The translations under genes and the position numbers were made by a program. Positions 27,301 through 40,696 of a DNA stretch of 64,000 bases are shown one piece after another. The stretch's first letter is position 1. The number at the start of each line of letters is the position of its first letter. The stretch covers positions 1-64,000 of the forward strand of contig CAXHJY010000868.1 of the NCBI GenBank assembly GCA_964016885.1, written 5' to 3'. Source of the stretch: Eledone cirrhosa (taxonomy: Eukaryota). The notes under the pieces were generated by a model that did not search any database, was not told the DNA's origin, and worked only from the letters and a program-made list of their open reading frames with translations.

Positions 27301-28811
27301 TATATATATCTGTTAGAACACGAAAAGTGTGAAACAAACAGAATGTTCACTTTTCGTGTTCTAACATATATGTCTAACATCTTCATAAATTTTTCGGGGA
27401 TAGCCGTGGTGGTGGTGATCGTATGTCATTGGCTAATTTTCAACCAATCAGAGTAAGTGTTGATATATATATATATATATATATACTATTCCCCCTCTCT
27501 CTATATATATCTTACGCTTTCGCTTTACACTCCTCCCCTTCAATAACACATTTCCCCCTCTCTATATATCTCTTCCACTGTTACTTACGCCTGTTTCTCT
27601 CTATCTGTTCCGTCTCTATATATATATCTCTCTTACTCTTTCGCTTTGCACTCCTCCCCTTCAATACCATCTCTCCCCCTCTCTATATATTTGTTACTCT
27701 ATCGCTGTACGCTCCTCTCCTTCAATATATCAATTACACACGCTTTACACTCCTTTATCCCCAGCGCCCCTATATATACACCCCCCTCCCGCATCTATAT
27801 TTTAATGTTCCGTTGCACCGTGAATATATGTGTCTATATATATATACATATATATTGTATATACACATTCATGTATGTGTATACACACTCATGTATGTAT
27901 ATACACTGGTTTTATGTGTGTATTGTAAATTTGTACTGTTAAAACACGAAACTAACATTCGATTGACACTTTGATTACCTGTACAGGCAATAGTTATTAG
28001 AATGCTGTTGAAGTGTGTATATATTTTTGGGGGACATCCTGTATATACACACATTATATATAATACAATAAACAGATAAATACACACATATATATATGAG
28101 CTTATTTAATTATAAATATTGTGAATTTTTAACTCAGTTCAATTATATATATATAAATGGCTTCTACAGGACTAGAACTGTTTCATTCGAAAGAAATCAT
28201 CATAATATTGAGAGGGGGGACTAGATAAAATATTTCAAATCAAATGTGTATAAGTTATAAGTTAAAATGTATAAATAGAGACGATAGTGGAGGTATATCT
28301 GTTTAGTGGAACAGTAGACGATAGAATTAAATACAGACGAGAATCTCCCTTTAATGAAACAGCAGACGATAGAATTAAGGCAATTTAAATTTTAAGCATT
28401 TGCATTTCATCGTTACGGGGTCGATAAAATAAAGTACCAGTAATACACTGTCACTATAAGTAGACGACTTTCAAATTGAATTGTTGGTTCCATTTCTTTA
28501 GTATTTTCAATTGTAGTTATCTACTTAAAAAGCGTTACACGGTTAGAGACATAATTCGTAAGTTATATCTTCCCTATTAAACCATTGCATTATTTCGCCT
28601 ACAATATAACAAAAATGAAATGTTTTTAAAGAAACAGGAATATAACTTTATAAAAAAAAAAGTTGCATCCGCTTCTTTTATCATTGATAATTTTTTCGTT
28701 TTAATATTAATTGTTTTTTGTAGTTGTTTATATTAAAAATCTTACTGTAATATTTACTTAAACGAAGGCAGACATCTAAACTTATAGATTAATCTTGAGC
28801 GAAGGACTAGA

Positions 28812-28852
<41 letters not shown>

Positions 28853-30005
28853 GAAGAATGATAAAATTTCAAGCAAAGAATTTAAGTAGGTAATGACTTA
28901 CAAATTTGTTTCAGTATATATTTAATATAATATTAATATATTTTGTAATATTATTAACTAATTATTATAATTAGCGCTTCAGGCTTTGTCTATATACTGA
29001 AACAAATTTGTAAGTCATTACCTAATTAAACTCTTTGCTTGAAATTTTATCACTCTTCGTTTTGAATTTCTCCTAAGTATTCAATACTCTGTTGAGAAAT
29101 ACATTTTACATAAACAGTCTTTGTACGGTATTAATTACTTATATTTATATATATATATATATATAGCGTATGATTAGAACTGTGTTTATTATTAATATTT
29201 TAATGGATTTAATGAAAAATTTTAGGTGTTCATATATATATTCTAAAAATGCGCGAAATTGTGAATCCGCGATAGTTGAACCGCCAAGTAGCGAGGTATC
29301 ACTGTATATATGTTTAAATATATAGTGTAGCTGTGATGTATCTCGCGAGTGAATCGAGACCTGTCACTGATTTTGGTGTCCCCACTGCCGATGTAAATGA
29401 GCAACGCTGCACTTGTGAATTGGGTCTTGATGTTGCAGGCAGTTCATATACTTACAATGATGCGGTCCCACAAGCTTGTTCACATTCCTGTGCTAATAAT
29501 CTAGATGGGCGTATTAAATTGGATGTGAAAGCAGCTTACCGGATGCGGAATCGGGAGAAGTTGAGACAAAAACGGGCCGATTATAGAGCTGTGAATTTTG
29601 CTAAATTAACACAAAAACAGGCCAAGTATAGATGTTCAAAACGGTATGAGTTGGCAAACAAGCAGGCCAAGTATAGATCTGCAAATTCAGCTATTATATC
29701 TCAAAAGCAAGCCGAGCGTAGAGCTTCTAAACGTACCGAGTTGGCTAAAGAGCAGACCAAGTACAGATCTGCAAATATCTTATTGCACAAACAATAATTC
29801 TGCACAAATGTTGCTCCATTATTAGATCTAATGTTGCAACGATACAGTTAAATGTTGTCTGTGTATTTTAAAAAAGATTTGCTTATAATCTTTTCAAATT
29901 TCATTACGCCAATGATTCAAGCTCAAATTGACATTATCTAAAAAATTGTACAAACAGCGGTGGATTAGCAGTAGTGAACAGATAAATCAGTCAATTTATT
30001 AAGAT

Positions 30006-30640
30006 TGACTTGGCATCAATCAGCAAGACCTTCATTAGCTGCTCTCCAGCCATCTATTTAAAGCTGTATACATCTATGGTACGAATACACTTGGAGTTCG
30101 CGTCATCAGTCTGGAACCCCTATCTTGCTCAGAACATTGACCTCCTGGAAACTGTTCAGAGACATGCAACCAAGCGCATACCCTCCATCAGACACCTACC
30201 ATACCCTGAATATTTTGCTTCCCTCTGGCAATGGACTTGGTAAACACCCACAAAGTTATTAACCATCCGACCAACAACAACCCCGAACACCTTTTTGATC
30301 TCCATGTGTCTAACACGTGGACATGCCTACAAAGTCAGAAAACAACACAGCTCCCATGACTTTAGGAAATATTTCTTCATGCTCAGAGTTGCTGAAGGAT
30401 GGAACAAACTTCCTGCATCAGTTGTTAGCTGATGACACACTGCATCCTTTAAAACCATCATACATTCCGAAATACACCAAAACTACACCTGATGTCCCCC
30501 TTCCATACACATGCACATATGTGTATATCATGACTCATGCACTGTTCTTTTTTCCTGACGTTTTTATATTACCCTATGTATTATATATGCACTTTTGTAC
30601 ACAATATTTTCATTATTATTATCATTATTATTATTACACT
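30006..30640 (+). mobile_element. 3' fragment of the same CR1-type LINE
   Basis: HLEFASSVWNPYLAQNIDLLETVQRHATKRIP and an (ATT)n tail. Confidence 0.85.
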
Positions 30641-32424
30641 CATTGATCCATTTTGCACTAACTCTGCATCAAGCACCCTCACCTAAATATTAACCAATCA
30701 AGGATCCAATACAGCTTTCTGTTGGATGAGTATTGTATAGTGCCAAAAACGAAACCAATCAGTTTAGCAGAAAATTTCCAGACAAGAAACACGCATATTT
30801 TGCTATCCTCAAACACGTTTACACATGGCATGAAATATAACTAATCCGAGATGGCTAGGTTTCATCTTCTAACTGGATATACGAAATCCATTATGTCTTG
30901 ACAACAACATGAGGTAACATTATGTTATTCACAGACACACTTTGTACACTGTTCCATATCAGAATGTATTTCCTTCGTCACATTCACAAACAGTATTGAA
31001 AATATGTTCTTCGGCAAATAAAAATGTTTTGTTCATAATATTTCAACTAGCGATTGCTCTACTCCACGCACGACCACCATAAATTAATGACCAGCTCAAC
31101 ACAAGTATTGGTAGAGCGTCAGACACCATGCTTTGCAGTATTGTTATGGTCCTTTGCATTCTAAGTTCAAATCCTGCCGAGGTTAACTTCGACTTTCATA
31201 CTTACTAATTCGATAAAATAAAGTACCAGTAATGGACTGCCGTAATGGATTTGTGCCGAAAAATAGAAACACTATTAATGTGCAATAAGAGCAAAATATA
31301 ACGACATTGCTCAATTATTTTATCTAATGTTGTAATAACACAAGGAAATGTTGTTTGTGTATTTTTTTTTATATTTGCTCATAGGCTTTTACAATTTCGC
31401 TCAGCCAACAACTATTAAAAAGTGAGTTGCTTAAGATAACAATTTAATCACAAATTGTTGCTATCTTTTAATACACTCCAACAAGTCATCAAATTATGTA
31501 CAATAAAAACAAATCTTATTAATTTGCTCAGGGAATATAAAGAAAATGTATATACACTGATAATTGCAATTGTATGTAAATATTTTGTTTTTGTATTGTT
31601 TATTTTATGTTTTCTATTATGTATAATATATTGATTTAATATTGATTGTTTTTTGTAGTTGTTTATATTAAAAGTCTGAAAATATTTTTATACATCTTAC
31701 ACTAATATTTATAAGATAATTTATAATAACAATTACATAATCTAATTACATTACAACGATAATTTATTATTAATATATATCCTCTTTAACTAGAGTTATT
31801 ACAAGCGTTGCCTTAAAAAAATATTAAACTAGACATGAAAAATGCGCAAGCTCAAAAGTGCCACAGAATGTTATAATAAACCTTCAAAAGTGTGGGACTA
31901 GAGTTGTTGCTAAAAAATATTGTAATCATTATATATCGTACATTCTGTGGCATCCTTTATAAAAATAGCTTAAACCAACGAAGCCTTTATTTTTACGCTA
32001 TTTCACTTAGTTAATTCTTAGAGTGTAACATATAAAAATAAATACATCTATAAATAATTACGTAATATTATTATCATATACTCATAGTAACAAAATAATT
32101 GTGTTGAAAATTAATATAATGCTTATATGAACGATCAAATCTATAATGATAATTTCTTAAATATACTAATAGTAAAATAATTTAGTTATCTATTGTTACA
32201 TTTTCATAGAACTATAATATTAACAATCGTATTGCATTATCAAATTTTTATCACTACAAACTTTCATATTGGAATTACCTTAAGCCACTTATTATTACTT
32301 CGCTTTCGTACTTTTACAGCTGTAGATATTGCGCTGTATCTTATATCTAATATCAATATCTCATGGTAATTTGCATGCAGTGTAAAATAGGTTTATTAAT
32401 AACTTTAATATGAAATGTATTATA

Positions 32425-32512
32425 CAGGGCTGCGGAGTCGGCCAAAAATTGACTGGCTCCAACTCAGGATCCGATATTCCCTTATTTCCTAAATTTCAGC
32501 TCCGCAGCTCTG
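32425..32512. mobile_element. hAT-like MITE
   Basis: TIRs cagggctgcggag / ctccgcagctctg, with 8-bp flanks gtattata / ttattata (one mismatch). Confidence 0.7.
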
Positions 32513-35224
32513 TTATTATATTAATTAATTTATTTTATAGTTGTAAATCATATTTTTATATGTTACACTCTAAGAATTAACTAAGTGAAATAGCGTAAAA
32601 ATAAAGGCTTCGTTGGTTTAAGCTATTTTTATAAAGGATGCCACAGAATGTACGATATATAATGATTACAATATTTTTTAGCAACAACTCTAGTCCCACA
32701 CTTTTGAAGGTTTATTATAACATTCTGTGGCACTTTTGAGCTTGCGCATTTTTCATGTCTAGTATATATATATATATATATAATTCTTTACCCACACGAA
32801 ATTGTCATTCTCGCTATTTAACGCATTAATGTGCACTTTGTTTTCTTTGGGGTTGGTATAGTATCTTAAAGTTTACTAGTTTAATTAAAACATTGAGTGG
32901 GTACGAAGGCTATCAAAGTTTTTTTTCAGTCAAATCCGAATATATATAATTAAGTTAAAAATGTACATCCACATATGTATACTGAAATACTAGTATGCAT
33001 ATGAATACACACACGTATACATATGTAGATGTACCAAGTCTTTCACTGGTCACTTTACTGTGAGTGGCCAGCTATTCTGTATGTAAACACACAGACAAAC
33101 CGGTTTTTAGAGTCATACTGGTTTTTGAGGAAACACCTTTCCTCTATTCTCCAGAAAGCCAGACAAGGAATATTGAACTAGTTTCGTTGTTGTTACAACT
33201 CATCAGCAATATTTACCTATCTACCGGCCTTTCTGGAGAATCGTAAAAGCACATATCGTTATATGCTTTTTCTATGAAAATTAGTAGTGGGCAGACCAAT
33301 TTGCATAGAGTGTGAGTACGTACCGGTTCAACGGAGACGATAAAAACAAATAACGAAACGAAATTAAATTTCGTTTCGTTTGTAACTCACTTTTGTATGA
33401 CTGACGCTTAAACAATTAAGTTAAAAATGTACATCCACATATGTATACTGAAATACTAGTATGCATATGAATACACACACGTATACATATGTAGATGTAC
33501 CAAGTCTTTCACTGGTCACTTTACTGTGAGTGGCCAGCTATTCTGTATGTAAACACACAGACAAACCGGTTTTTAGAGTCATACTGGTTTTTGAGGAAAC
33601 ACCTTTCCTCTATTCTGTTTACATACAGAATAGCTGGCCACTCACAGTAAAGTGACCAGTGAAAGACTTGGTACATCTACATATGTATACGTGTGTGTAT
33701 TCATATGCATACTAGTATTTCAGTATACATATGTGGATGTACATTTTTAACTTAATTGTTTAAGCGTCAGTCATACAAAAGTGAGTTACAAACGAAACGA
33801 AATTTAATTTCGTTTCGTTATTTGTTTTTATCGAATATATATATATAAGTTTATATAGGACAGGCTTCCTCAGGAATACTGTTTAAAATTGTAAGTCGTT
33901 GTTGTTTATAAGTTTCGTAGTAGTTTGGAATAGTGGTGATCAAGGGTCTTGTTTCAAGGGGATACCAGGGGACAAGACCCGTCGATATCCAATTTTAGTG
34001 GACTAAATGCTGCTTACGTGCTGTAGTTGCTGTTTACTTCAATGTATGAGGCTATTCCAACAAATTTACATTCCCTTTTTTTTAGCCATTAAAAGAAATA
34101 TAGATTTATTTATTGTTTTTTTTTTGCGATTTATTTGCCACGTTTGTTTGTTTGTTTGCGATTTATTTGCCACTGGGGCATAGATTTATTTATTTGCCAC
34201 TTTTTTGTTTGTTTGTTTTTTTTTCCGATCCGTGGGGATATGTCGCCGGCCAACAAGTGGTCCTCTTCTTCCGATACCACTTCGAAAGAAGGATCAAGGT
34301 GGAGAGAAAGGCACTCAGTCCCAGCCAATTTCATGAAAGATGGGTGAAAGTAGCAATAATGGCCCATCTCTCTATATCGGCTTGTACAGGTAAGAGAAGG
34401 GAGCACCCCCCCCCCCCCCTCTCTCTCTCTGTGCTCCCTGGCAGAAAGGTCGCACACTTTCTACGGGGGTGTGTGTGACCCCAAAAGGCTGCCTCTCTAT
34501 TGGGGACTTAATTTTTTATATTCCTTTTTAATCACTCGTTAAATGTTTGTACTTGATTTTTGTAAAAACTTCCCCCGCCTAATGCTCTAGTGGCAAATAA
34601 ATCGCAAACAAACAAACAAACGTGGCAAATAAATCGCAAAAAAAAAAAACAATAAATAAATCTATATTTCTTTTAACGGCTAAAAAAAGGGAATGTAAAT
34701 TTGTTGGAATAGCCTCATACATTGAAGTAAACAGCAACTACAGCACGTAAGCAGCATTTAGTCCACTAAAATTGGATATCGCCCGAGTCCCCCCACTTTT
34801 TCAAACGTCTATATTTTATTTTTTGTTTATTTGATGTAATAAATTCTTTTTAAGCTTATTTTTTTTTATATCTAAACTTCATTTGAATATATAAAATTTA
34901 ATTAGCATAAAATTTTACTTATGTGATAAGGTCCGGGAAAGGCAGCATAAGTAATTTATGCTCCTTTAAGAATCAACAAATGTTGGTTTGTCCCCCTCAC
35001 ATGTTTAAGGCAAACGAGGCCCCTGGTGGTGGTGATGGCGTTTGTTTGGGGGTAGTGTGGCGGTGGGAGGTGGTAAGAAGTGTTAGGGGAGTGGAAGAAA
35101 ACATTTTTAAGTATGTAGAAAAATACTTATACACACCTGTATGTACGTATGTGTATAAACATACGTACGTATATACAACCGCGCACACACGCCTATATAA
35201 GCACCCAGTCTAAAAAAAAAAGTC

Positions 35225-35480
35225 TAAAGTCAATCTTAAGCCAGAAGGCTTATTTGGACGGTGCTTATTCCGGTTTCATGACGTGAAGCAACTGAGAGTA
35301 CAAGACTCTCCCCTGGATAGGACGTCAGTCCATCGCAGGGTTAAACCTCCAGCTATTGCTGGTACACATTTTCAGCTGAGTATACTGGAGCAACGTGAAA
35401 TGAAGTGTTTTGCTCAAGAACACAACACAGGAATCGAACCCACGACATTATGATCGTAAGTCCAACACTTCCACATAAGC
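35225..35480 (-). mobile_element. Second tRNA-derived SINE family (CORE-like)
   Basis: Reverse-strand B box ggttcgattcct followed by ttcttgagcaaaacacttcatttcacgttgctccag. A related + strand fragment lies at about 2700-2810. Confidence 0.6.
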
Positions 35481-36559
35481 TCCCACACACACACTTATTT
35501 ATATTCAATCATTCCTCGAGCTGATCGGCTGATGCAATTCTGATTCTTTGTGTCCCATTTATTCTGCTAGCATATATAATGTGCATATTGGTATTATACG
35601 CAAATATATATATATATATATGTAAATTGAAAAGTAAATTGACAATATTTCCTTCGCCCACTTATTTCTGAAAGGGTCGTGGGGGCAGAGTCCTTCTCAA
35701 ACACTCTATAACGAAATACTCCTACATATTACCGGCGAAGATTCGAAACCGAATCTGAACTTTCCCGCCTCTGGGACAAGCCGTAGTTGGAAGTTTTCAC
35801 CTTTGTCCTGTCAACGATGATGGATGACATTCCATTTGCCCTGTGACCCCAACCCCTTGGGAGATGCTAACCACAGGTCAGATGATATATCCATCCTTCT
35901 AACTTCAACGAGGTTATAAATACAAGGATTGTTTATGCCCAGAAGAAAAAAGTGGTAGTACAGACAAGAAAAGAGGTATTCACCGACGCTGTCAAATCTC
36001 CCGAAAAACAGTCTGTCCACTAATTTCTCACACGCCATTACCGCCTGGCTGATTGAATATTACTAATGCTAAGACAAGAACGTTAGGGTCGGACGCCATG
36101 CTTTCCAGCATAGTTACGTCCCTTTACGATCTGAGTTCAAATCCCGCCGAGGTTGACTTTGCCTTTCATCCTTACGGGGTCGATAAAATAAAGTACCAGT
36201 AATGCACTGGGTAATTGCTGGCCTTGTGCCTAAAGTAGAAACAGTTATTAATACGCACACACACACACATAGTAAGTTCACACTGTTTGCATTTTACATT
36301 CACCATTACTGTCTGTCATATTGTGTCTTTCAGATACAATACAAATTATATTATAATCGTATTCTGTGATACTTGTATTTACGTGGCACGAAGAGCCACC
36401 AACTTATTGTACGAATATTTCATGTTATAGATTTTATCATTCAATATTCAAATTGAATATTGTTATTGTAAAATAAACATTGTAACAACACAATCCTGGT
36501 ATTATTCTTTGCATCGAAACCATCATACCAACAATTCCACTTATCCGTTACAACTCCTT

Positions 36560-37150
36560 CCAGCGAGTCTGTCAGAAGCAAACATCTCTAACTGATTCAG
36601 CTGGATCCCAAAGCGTGACCAGCCAAGCTCATGGATGTTATCCAACTATCTTGCTCAGGGTCTACCTCTTGGTCTCTTGACGGTTGGTTTTGCCTGTAAA
36701 ATGTGTCCAGCGATTCTTTACTGAGACATTCTAACCACATGCTCATAATATCAGAGTTGTGATCTCTCAATTTGGAGAAGTAGCGGCTCTACCAGGAGTG
36801 ACTCTCTGATCTCTGAGTTATGCAGTTTATCGAGTAACGTTACTCTAAAGACCCTTCGGAGGAATCCCATTTCTGCCGCTTTTATTTGCAATTGTATTCT
36901 TTTGGTCATTACTCAAGATTCATGATCCTCGGTAAGAGTTAGCAGGAATACCAGGAAGTCAGCGAGTTTGGCTTTTATACCTACCCCCTTCTTCTGATTG
37001 CTGAATGAGGAGGCTGGCGCATTACTGCATCAGCTTTTGCAATTCTTGCACTTAATTCAGCCTCCTGCATTCCATCACTCATGAACACGGCTCCAAGATA
37101 CTTGAACTTCTCTAACTGCTTCAGTAGAACTCCATTCACATGTATATAAA
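36560..37150 (-). mobile_element. RTE-clade LINE 3' fragment
   Basis: LKQLEKFKYLGAVFMSDG..EAELSARIAKA, followed by a degenerate AAEMGFLRRV...GHVVRM...RPRGRP region. Confidence 0.8.
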
Positions 37151-37299
37151 TTTGAGGGGCTTCTGTCCACCCGTCCATCACACAATGTGTTTGTCTGAAT
37201 GTATGTGTGTGTAAAAGGTAGTAAAGATATACACACATATTGTCTCTAACTTAAACACAGTGACACACACACATCTCTAATTTAAGAACGCCGACAAAT

Positions 37300-37770
37300 T
37301 CGCACGTGCACATCCACACACTGTCATACTACCACTCAAGAGCTTTGGCCCGGGCAAATATCCCCTCAATTTTGGAACCGTCTGGGTTGTCCTGAATTGA
37401 TGGGAAAATACTTGACGGTCTTACTCTGTACTCCTGGTCAAGAGGCAAGTGCCTTACCTCGGACGTCACAGTTAGTGACTCTTTTGCTTCTTCCCACATT
37501 CTGGATGCAGCGGTAAGGGCGATGCAGCTGAACGGAACAAAATCCTAAAATGCTGTGTTCTGTCAGCTAACTACATTATCCAGCCTGTGGCGTTCGAGAC
37601 GTTTGGGGGAGTCGGGCTACTGACAGCGAGGTTCTTATCTTCACTGGCGGCTCGCCAAACAGAGGTAACTGGTTATACTGGAGAGGGCACTTGGTTGTTC
37701 CAGCACCTCAGCCACGCCATTACCCCAAGTAACGCTGCAAGCGTGCTGGCTTGCCTCAAAAATTATTAGA
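37300..37770 (+). mobile_element. CRE/NeSL-like RLE-domain fragment
   Basis: ILEPSGL...DGLTL..WSRGKCL..DVTVSD...PVAFETFGGVG...FQHLS.AI...NAASV. Confidence 0.75.
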
Positions 37771-38559
37771 GGTTTCATAGTGCTTCTCGCTATATTGCTA
37801 TCTTTTGCTCTGGTAGCGTCTCGTTTTATCACTCTTTTGCCTGCATATTGTTCTGTGTGGTCTAAGACGTGTGTATTACGTGCTTGTGTATTTTTCTCTT
37901 TCTTTTTTCCCTTTCCCTTTCCTTTGTTTATATTATATTTGTTAGTGTCTTCGTTCTGTAACATTATATTAAACTAGCAGAATAACCACCCTTGGGGTGG
38001 TTTTCTGCTAGTATGTGTAGTGTGTATATTGATATTATACGCAAGTATATATGCATGTAGATATGATCAAATAAAATCGTAATTGACAATATTCATAGAA
38101 ATTGAACGAAGACTGTGTTACACTGTCTTATGTAATCAGTAACGTAATCCATGATACATTAAAAAAGACGATATATATAAACTGCATTAGGACAAAATTA
38201 GTGACAGAAATATATGAATATTTATTTAAACGATCACTAACCGGAAGTGTTGACATTTGAAAATTTTAAAGAAGTGAATCTTTAAATAAGTAATAAAATA
38301 TATTTAATGAACAGCCACGAAATTTAGTGGATAAATTATGTAATATTCATTCATTATTTATTCAAAGTAATCCAACTTATTTTACTAAGGGGATAAACAA
38401 TTATAAACCGTTCGCAGTCCCGTGCTTCTTACTTTATTATAGTTTAGATTTTTATACAAATGAGTTGGCTTGATAATTTTTTGTTGGCAGATATTGATCT
38501 TGTGCTGATATAATCAGTCCTTCAGTCTCCGATTTCAGTCTTGTTATTATTTCCTTAGG

Positions 38560-39089
38560 TCAGGAAGAGCAGGACATCTTCCTTTGTCTGGTGGCAGTTG
38601 CGAAAGAGATTATATGGTGGACCAGGTTGAAAGGACTAAAGACAGACACTTTTCTCTTCGGCCAATCCCTCATCAACTTCTTCAAGTTTCACCTGGAAAG
38701 GAAGGTGAGGGTGGAGAGAGAAGTGCTTCCCCCCAGTACATTTGCTAAAAGGTGGGTGAATGTGGCGAGAATGGCTCGTGTGAATGGGCCTACTCTGACC
38801 ATGCGCCTATAGGCTAGCTAACTTGAGGAGAGGGGTGCTCTCCCTGGGTGCCCTAGAAGCGCAGGGTGGTTCAGGATTGGTGGGGTACCCGAATCACCCC
38901 AGGGTCGTCCACCCCCTATCGGGGAATTTATTTTGTTATATTTATGCATAGTTTATTTTATATTTTTATATTTTCATTGTTAAATTAGTCTTGCCATTGT
39001 GCACTTTTACTCGACCTTATTGTAAACCCCCACTGTCCCTGTCTTTGTATTGTCCCCTACATGTCGGCCCTTGTGGCTAATAAATGAAA

Positions 39090-39123
<34 letters not shown>
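38560..39123 (+). mobile_element. Tx1/L1-like LINE 3' end with (ATT)n tail
   Basis: VAVAKEIIWWTRLKG...FFKFHLERKVRVERE...F.KRW, then 3'UTR and aataaa-(att)n. Related fragments lie at 10870-11100 (-) and 34240-34590 (+). Confidence 0.65.
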
Positions 39124-39189
39124 GCTTTGACTCTCAGTCATTGATGTTATTTAACTGGAAAGTTTGTTGAAATGAATATCAAGCCGCTA

Positions 39190-40018
39190 CCTGCAGACTC
39201 AGGCATTTGGAACGTATCAGAGGGTTCTTGCTGTTCCCAGCAAGCATGCCTTTTGAAGTGTTCCAAAAAGCAGGGTTGGATTAATCTTCTTTAACCATCC
39301 TTGGAAACTCTTTGAGATAGTACCTAGTGCGCCTATGACAATCAGGACGACCTTGATTTCATGGCAGTTCCAAATCCTTTTTACCTCCCACTTTAAGTCC
39401 TGGTATCGGTTAATTTTCTCCCTCTCCTTTTCTTGCACTCTCGTGTCAAATGGGCAGGCTACATCTACAATCAGGCACAATCTTTTTTCCTTGTCCAAAA
39501 CCACCAGGTCAGGTCTATTGTGTTCCAGTTTCTTATCCGTCTGTATCATAAAATCCCATAGCACCTTCACCTGATCATTTTCTATCACCGACTCTGGCTT
39601 ATGCTCATACCACTTCTCAGAATGTGGTAAATTGTTTATTTTGCATAGATGCCAGTGGATCACCTGCCTATCACATCATGTCTCCAGCCTATATAGTGAG
39701 TCTGGGCTAGGTGTTTACACTCGGTTACAATGTGAGCCACAGTCTCCTCACTCTCTCCACAGATCCTGCACAGTGGGCTAGCCTCCTCCTTGTCAATATG
39801 GTGTTTCAACCAATTCGTTCTGAGGGCTTGCTCTTGCGCAGCCATTAGCATTCCTTCTGTAGCTTTTTTAAGGTCTCCTCTTTTTAACCAGTTCCATGTC
39901 TGTGGAACCCTAAATTCCGTTTTCTTAAAGAAGGTACTATGAAGGGATTTTTCATGAAGGTTGCTCTTCTTCCTTGTTGTTATTTCCTCCCTGGACATCC
40001 CCTGGTCTATTGTCTTCT
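39190..40018 (-). mobile_element. R4/Dong-type non-LTR element, C-terminal fragment (CCHC + restriction-like endonuclease)
   Basis: AAQEQALRTN, CRICGESEETVAHIVTEC, RHD, LWDF.IQTD, RPDLVV.DK, IVDVACPFD, KI.RY.DL. Confidence 0.88.
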
Positions 40019-40031
40019 CCATTATTATTAT

Positions 40032-40075
<44 letters not shown>

Positions 40076-40696
40076 TAGAAGAACACTTCATTCGATCTCA
40101 GTGGAAAATAGATACTTTTCTTCGGGGTGGGGCTTTTTGGAGGGGGGGGGGGGGGTACTATCAACTAATCTGACCTCCTAGGTGATCGTAATCAACTTTT
40201 TTTTCATAGATGTGGGTCAGGGTTATGGTTGGAGTTAGTGTTAAGGTTAGGGTTTCTGTTTTCCGGGGGGGGGGGGGGGTCGATAGCACATGAACAAATG
40301 GAAGAAAAATAGTTATTTACCACCAAACGTGGTGAGGGTGTAGATCTGCAAAACTCCGATAGTGTTTCTGCCTCTTTTCCCCCTTTTTCTACAAAGCTAA
40401 TCATTTCTGATAGGTCTGGAGGTCATATTCGTTGATAACATGCTAAAAAATTAAAAAACCGTGAAAAAAAGATGATTGTGAGCATCTTGGAGATTAGATT
40501 AGTTGATAGCACATGAAAAAAAATTCTCTCGTTGGAGGTGAAAATTTATATTATTCCTGTTGTTTTTGATACATTTTGAATGAATCTGGCATACAAAACC
40601 ATTGCAAATTGTTTGTTTTTTAGTTGATTGGAGGATAGGACACAGAGTGTAATTGATATGAAAATTATATATGAGCAATTTCCCTTGGGCTATCAA

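Noticed and set aside
27423-27974. 183-aa hydrophobic ORF
   Set aside because: Low-complexity CT/TA-rich sequence with short internal repeats.
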